Origin: an uncultured Chloroflexia bacterium
GTDB taxonomy: Bacteria > Chloroflexota > Chloroflexia > QHBQ01 > JADMIH01
NCBI GenBank assembly: GCA_963797095.1
Contig: CAWCNY010000004.1
Coordinates: 256,001 to 320,000 of the forward strand
Reading direction: 5' to 3'
DNA length: 64,000 bases
The position numbers were made by a program, and so were the translations under genes. Shown here one piece after another: positions 59,533 to 64,000 of this stretch. Numbering within the stretch: position 1 is the first letter of the stretch; the number at the start of each line of letters is the position of its first letter. The notes beneath the pieces are model-generated. The model was not told the origin of the DNA, ran no database searches, and saw nothing but the letters and a program-made list of their open reading frames with translations.

Positions 59533-61433
59533 GGCGTGCCCGCTCCCTTAGCCGCACCTGCGGCAGGTGCGGCTGGCGTTGTATGCTTGAAGGTTACGTC
59601 CACGCGCCTGTTTCCGCGCCTGTTGGCTTCCAGGTCCTGGCCCCTCGAAGGGTCGGCGTCCAGTGTGAACTCATCAGTGGCTCCCCCACCCCTCACCGCG
59701 AAGCCATCAATACGCGCAGCAACGATCCCCTTGGCAACCAACGCCCGGTACACTGTGTTGATGCGCCTAGTAGCAAGCTTCTCATTGTACGTTCCGCTGC
59801 CGCCCTTGATATCCGCAAAGCCCAATATATCAAGCTTCACGTCGGGGAAACGCCTCATATAGTCCGTGAACGTATCGATCTTGCCCTCCTCGGTGGGCGA
59901 CAACGTCGACTTATCAAATTCAAAGTAGAATGTGACAGGCTCGTGCACATAGAAGTCTCGGTGCTTCTCCATTGCCGAATCGAATGTAGCCGACTGCGCA
60001 TCTGTGAACGTCTGGTGCTCATTGATGATATGTGCGCCTTTGGACCTCAGGCCGAAGCCCCACTTCACCGAACCATAGATCTGCATCGTATCGTCCGATT
60101 TGGCAACAAACTCAAATTCAAAGTCTAGATCACCCGGCCCGTTGAGAGTACCCGGCAAGTCCCAGAGACCAGCCGCTTTGATATCAGCCGGATCGTCTGA
60201 ACGCTTGAACCCGAACGTCGGTGTGAATGCGTAGTATGGCGACAATGCTTGTCCCTTCTTTGAGGGGTCCAGATGGTATACATCCGTGGCAAAACCGCCT
60301 TCAATGCCTTTAGCTTTATCTTCGGTGGTACGAACATGTGGCTCGGTAGCAGCCGGCAAGGAGAATGGTGCATGTCCGAGGGCACCTGTCTTCGCGTCTT
60401 TGTTCCTGGCGATCTGTATCATTCCGATTTTGTTCGCGTAAGGAGCTGTCTTATAAGGCATGAACTTAATATCACCAAAAAGGCCATAGTGCTTAGACCC
60501 CCGCACTAACCCGCCATCGTTAGTCGTCATCCCCATAATGAACTCGCCTTGCGTGAGAGGGTGTGTGCCAGTGAGCGAGCGCTGGATTACCACTGGCCCT
60601 CTGCTTCGCAAGCCACCCAGCCCTGCTCCCGCATAGCCGGTATCGGTCCGTCGCTGTACCGCCACATCGGTCCCTCCATCACGCATCGTCTGTACCGCCG
60701 TCCCCAGTTCTTCCTCTTCCGGCTCTTGAGCGCGTTGGACCGGCGCGGCTGCCACTGCATGTGCCCCTGTAGTCTCGGCTGGGGTGCCTGATAATACATT
60801 CTGCGCTGACCGCTCGGCAGCCTGCTCGAACTGGTCAGATGGGTCGCTTACCGACACCCCTCCTGCCGTTGGCGTGCCTGCTACAGGCCCCTGTGACTGC
60901 TGCACAGTATGCGTTGCCTCGTGCGCCAGCAAGTGCAGCCCTCTGTCGCTCCCTGGCTCGTATGCCCCCTGCCTGAAGAAGATATCACTCCCTGTGGTAA
61001 ATGCCACCGAATCGACGGAGCGAGCCAGCCTATCCGCATCTCCGTCCGTGTGTACTCTCACCCCCGACAGGTCCGCCCCCAACCCGCCTTCCAGCCTTGT
61101 TCGCGTACCTGGGTCCAATGCTCTTCCCATACCAGTCCGCGACCCTATCTGCTCTGCCAGGTCTTCCTCGGCGTGCGCTACGCTCCGCTGCACCCTCAAG
61201 AAACGCTGCACCGCCCGGTTCCCGTAGCTCTGTTGCAAACGCTGAAGCATGGCTGCGCGCACCGGGGCATTGCCCCTCCCACGCAGAGCATTGCCATCAA
61301 AAAGAGTGCCCGGATATGCAGCCTCAAGCTCCGAGGCAGGAGCCACTTCCTGCTCTCCCATCAGCGGCGCAGGGTGCTCCACCTGATCGGTTTTGCGGGT
61401 GGCCGCTACATCGTGGTCAAATTCCTCAGCCAT
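59529..61433 (-). CDS. DUF4157 (eCIS core domain) protein with C-terminal OmpA-like domain
   Basis: GADLSGVRVHTD...AFTTGSDIFF...LLAHEATHTVQQ. FEFDKSTL...GFAD...YNEKLATRR...NRRVDV. Confidence 0.88.
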   Translation of the reverse strand: MAEEFDHDVAATRKTDQVEHPAPLMGEQEVAPASELEAAYPGTLFDGNALRGRGNAPVRAAMLQRLQQSYGNRAVQRFLRVQRSVAHAEEDLAEQIGSRTGMGRALDPGTRTRLEGGLGADLSGVRVHTDGDADRLARSVDSVAFTTGSDIFFRQGAYEPGSDRGLHLLAHEATHTVQQSQGPVAGTPTAGGVSVSDPSDQFEQAAERSAQNVLSGTPAETTGAHAVAAAPVQRAQEPEEEELGTAVQTMRDGGTDVAVQRRTDTGYAGAGLGGLRSRGPVVIQRSLTGTHPLTQGEFIMGMTTNDGGLVRGSKHYGLFGDIKFMPYKTAPYANKIGMIQIARNKDAKTGALGHAPFSLPAATEPHVRTTEDKAKGIEGGFATDVYHLDPSKKGQALSPYYAFTPTFGFKRSDDPADIKAAGLWDLPGTLNGPGDLDFEFEFVAKSDDTMQIYGSVKWGFGLRSKGAHIINEHQTFTDAQSATFDSAMEKHRDFYVHEPVTFYFEFDKSTLSPTEEGKIDTFTDYMRRFPDVKLDILGFADIKGGSGTYNEKLATRRINTVYRALVAKGIVAARIDGFAVRGGGATDEFTLDADPSRGQDLEANRRGNRRVDVTFKHTTPAAPAAGAAKGAGTP

Positions 61434-62111
61434 CTCACACGCTCCATTTCTACCCGCCAGCGCGCTCCCTACTACGGCAATTTGTGACGCTTGCTAAGGC
61501 CGGGCGTGAATATCACGCAACGCTCATCTTCCCTTGCCATCGTCGTCACCGGCGTGCCTCTGTGCCGCCATTCCAGCGCGTATACTCTGCACAGACAGTT
61601 CCTCCCCCTCCGGCATACCGGCCCGTTGCACAGAGGCCGCGTAGGTGGACGACCTCATCGTTTGGACTAACTCGTCTTCTTCTCCCTCCCGTTGCACGAA
61701 GGTTGAGTAGGTGGACGACCTCATCGTTTGGACTAACTCGTCCTCCTCTCCCTGCCTCTGCACCTGGGCAGGGTTCGAGCCTCCACCTCCGCCACCGGCG
61801 TTAGCAGACTTCCCGGCCACCACGTTCCGCGCTGACCGCTCGGCAGCCTGCTCGAACTGGTCAGATGGGTCGCTTACCGACACCCCTCCTGCCGTTGGCG
61901 TGCCTGCTACAGGCCCCTGTGACTGCTGCACAGTATGCGTTGCCTCGTGCGCCAGCAAGTGCAGCCCTCTGTCGCTCCCTGGCTCGTATGCCCCCTGCCT
62001 GAAGAAGATATCACTCCCTGTGGTAAATGCCACCGAATCGACGGAGCGAGCCAGCCTATCCGCATCTCCGTCCGTGTGTACTCTCACCCCCGACAGGTCC
62101 GCCCCCAACCC
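60803..62111. repeat. 283-bp identical direct repeat (60803-61085 = 61829-62111) encoding DUF4157
   Basis: Base-by-base match at offset 1026. A second identical 59-bp block: 61229-61287 = 62267-62325. Confidence 0.9.
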
Positions 62112-62474
62112 ACCTTCCAACCTGGTCTTCGTGCCGTGATCCAGTGGATTTCCCCTGCCTGCTTTCGAGTCGATCTGCCCCGCCAGGTTCTCTTCCTCAA
62201 TTGCCGTTGGTGTCGCTGCGCTACGCTGAGCGCTCAGTAAGCGCTGTAAAGCGCGATTGCCATACGTCTGTTGCAAACGCTGAAGCATGGCTGCGCGCAC
62301 CGGGGCATTGCCCCTCCCACGCAGACCTTTGGCAGCACTCGGTGAAATGACGCCTGCCACATCCGGCTCACTCTCCGAGCGCACTTGCGACGGTATTTCC
62401 GTGCTCTTCACGCGCACGCGCTCCTGTGCCGCTCTGTTCGAGCTTTCCAAGTCGAAATCGTTACTGTTGCTCAC
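61524..62474 (-). CDS. DUF4157 protein with acidic VQR repeats and no C-terminal domain
   Basis: Near-identical DUF4157 sequence, followed by VQR(Q/E)GEEDELVQTMRSSTY repeats with a 66-bp period. Confidence 0.85.
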   Translation of the reverse strand: MSNSNDFDLESSNRAAQERVRVKSTEIPSQVRSESEPDVAGVISPSAAKGLRGRGNAPVRAAMLQRLQQTYGNRALQRLLSAQRSAATPTAIEEENLAGQIDSKAGRGNPLDHGTKTRLEGGLGADLSGVRVHTDGDADRLARSVDSVAFTTGSDIFFRQGAYEPGSDRGLHLLAHEATHTVQQSQGPVAGTPTAGGVSVSDPSDQFEQAAERSARNVVAGKSANAGGGGGGSNPAQVQRQGEEDELVQTMRSSTYSTFVQREGEEDELVQTMRSSTYAASVQRAGMPEGEELSVQSIRAGMAAQRHAGDDDGKGR

Positions 62475-62537
62475 GGCTAACCCTCCATTTTGACGCGTTC
62501 ATTTCCCATCGTGACTGCGAAACTGGCAAGACTCCAG

Positions 62538-63812
62538 CTACTTTGTGCCAGATTTAGCACCTGCGGAGATAGCGCTTCCGATACCACCCACGGCACCCGA
62601 AGTAGCGCCACTTGTGTCGCCCGCTCCTCCTGCGCTGCTAGGTGGAGGTACATGCGATACGTTATACCCTATTGCGATTGAAATTGCCGCGGCCGTACCT
62701 GCATCGCTTACAAGCTCTTCGAGCGGCACTTGCTTGCCCATCTGGTCAAGCAATAGTCTCTCGACGAATTTAAGTGCCCCAACTACCTTCCCCATACGAT
62801 TGTTAATATCCGGATCGAACATGCCTAGTATTTCATTACCTTGCATCATTTGTTGAGCGCGCTTGAGGTCCTCGGCAGCTTCAGCAATCTGCGCCTTCTT
62901 TGGATGACCACGCAATAGCTTGGCAGCCTTTTTCATAGGCTCGGTCACGGTGCTCTTCCATAATCGAGCCGCCAATGGATTGTCAGCCACCGGGTCTGTG
63001 CTCTTTTTGCCCAGCCTGCCCTCAGCTTCCTTCTCCATAAGCAGATTTCCTAGCACCTCAGCGTCGTCGATCTGGCCCTCTATTGCCATGTCTAGACCTG
63101 TGATATCTTCCTTGCCGGGGATGTGCGTTTGCAGCCCAGCCTCTATAGCGACGAGTCTGTTGTTCATCTCGCGCAGTTGCCCGATCACTATGGTATCCCC
63201 GTCGGCCTCCTCCAACCCTTCCTTCAACTCGCGTATTATATGTCGAGCATTCTTTACATCAGATAGCAACTCCTCAAAGGCACCCACTTCCGGTTTCTCC
63301 GTACCTTCCAGCCCGCGCAACCGTTCAACCGCCTTGTCCAATGGCCCCTGCACCGACGCTTTCCACATGTTGTCAATCATCGGATTATAGTTTGAAGCCC
63401 TAATCGCCCCGTTTATGGCACTCCCAATTACGCTGCCGATCTCCCCCAACTCCCCCATTACCGGCTTTGCGGCGTCGCCAATCACGGGCAAGTTGCCGAC
63501 GACATCTGATACTGCCGTCGTCGCGTCTCCAACTGCCGATGCTACTGCATCTAATTCCTTATTGCCGGTGTGGAAATAACGCTGAACAGCGCGGTTGCCC
63601 TGTGTGTGCTGGAGGTTCTGCATCATAGAGATGCGCACCGGACCATTGCCCCTCCCGCGGAACTTGGCGGGGTCATACGGAAGGCGAGGGCGATCTGCCG
63701 TGTGGCTTTCGGCCGCCCGGTTCGGCTCACTATCGCGCACCATCGAATGCTCTCGACGCGCTTCAGTATGTTTTCGTTTGCTCCGTTCGTCTTCGAAATC
63801 GAAATCGCCCAT
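62538..63812 (-). CDS. Hypothetical helical protein with the shared GNxPVR...GNRAVQR leader
   Basis: FRGRGNGPVRISMMQNLQHTQGNRAVQRYF. Two NP...WK..V..P helical repeats. GGGAG RBS. Confidence 0.78.
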   Translation of the reverse strand: MGDFDFEDERSKRKHTEARREHSMVRDSEPNRAAESHTADRPRLPYDPAKFRGRGNGPVRISMMQNLQHTQGNRAVQRYFHTGNKELDAVASAVGDATTAVSDVVGNLPVIGDAAKPVMGELGEIGSVIGSAINGAIRASNYNPMIDNMWKASVQGPLDKAVERLRGLEGTEKPEVGAFEELLSDVKNARHIIRELKEGLEEADGDTIVIGQLREMNNRLVAIEAGLQTHIPGKEDITGLDMAIEGQIDDAEVLGNLLMEKEAEGRLGKKSTDPVADNPLAARLWKSTVTEPMKKAAKLLRGHPKKAQIAEAAEDLKRAQQMMQGNEILGMFDPDINNRMGKVVGALKFVERLLLDQMGKQVPLEELVSDAGTAAAISIAIGYNVSHVPPPSSAGGAGDTSGATSGAVGGIGSAISAGAKSGTK

Positions 63813-64000
63813 AGTCTATCTCCCGCCTACGCAAGCTCTTCAATTCCCACCATCCGCGCGTATAGTCCATAGTCGGTCGCGTGAATCAATTTGCCTATCT
63901 TCTGGTGCTCGCGCTTGGTGGCCCTGATAAGGTGCCGCATCGCGATTGAGGTGCCATTTTCGGCGGCGAAGAAAGCCGCTTCAAGCACTATATTCTTGAT

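Noticed and set aside
61641-61752. CRISPR-like array (~36-bp repeat at 66-bp period)
   Set aside because: Only two copies, in frame within a CDS as a protein repeat, and no cas genes.

Overview
This is a bacterial chromosome window of moderately high GC. The gene content, and a surface-repeat domain fused to PstS, point to Chloroflexota (inference). Most of it is housekeeping: hemW, a polyprenyl synthase, folD-fhs, kimA-like, proline dehydrogenase, sdhCAB, an ATP-dependent ligase, selB, fabL-like, a Mg/Mn transporter pair, and a full phoBR-mgsA-pstSCABB-phoU locus. A small decayed mobile patch lies at about 18-21.2 kb. Five things stand out that the ORF track misses or splits. (1) Two tandem membrane-anchored rhodanese genes near selB have an in-frame UGA in a YCQ-U-PxE motif with a SECIS-like hairpin at the same offset. 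They are probably selenoproteins, co-transcribed with a TlpA-type oxidoreductase. (2) A candidate ~120-nt PhoB/PhoP-controlled small RNA lies downstream of phoU, and its promoter has the same spacing as the mgsA-pst promoter. (3) An operon of DUF4157/eCIS-cargo-like proteins shares an N-terminal GNxPVR...GNRAVQR signal, has VQR-delimited modules, and includes three CxxCxxCC (YkgJ-like) genes. (4) A catalytically dead sortase-like protein follows a secreted protein with an internal IPVTG motif. (5) A 5' group II intron fragment is inserted in an IS1182-like transposase, with intact EBS1-IBS1 pairing. Four single-base homopolymer frameshifts look like sequencing error. All family assignments come from motifs read by eye, not from database searches.
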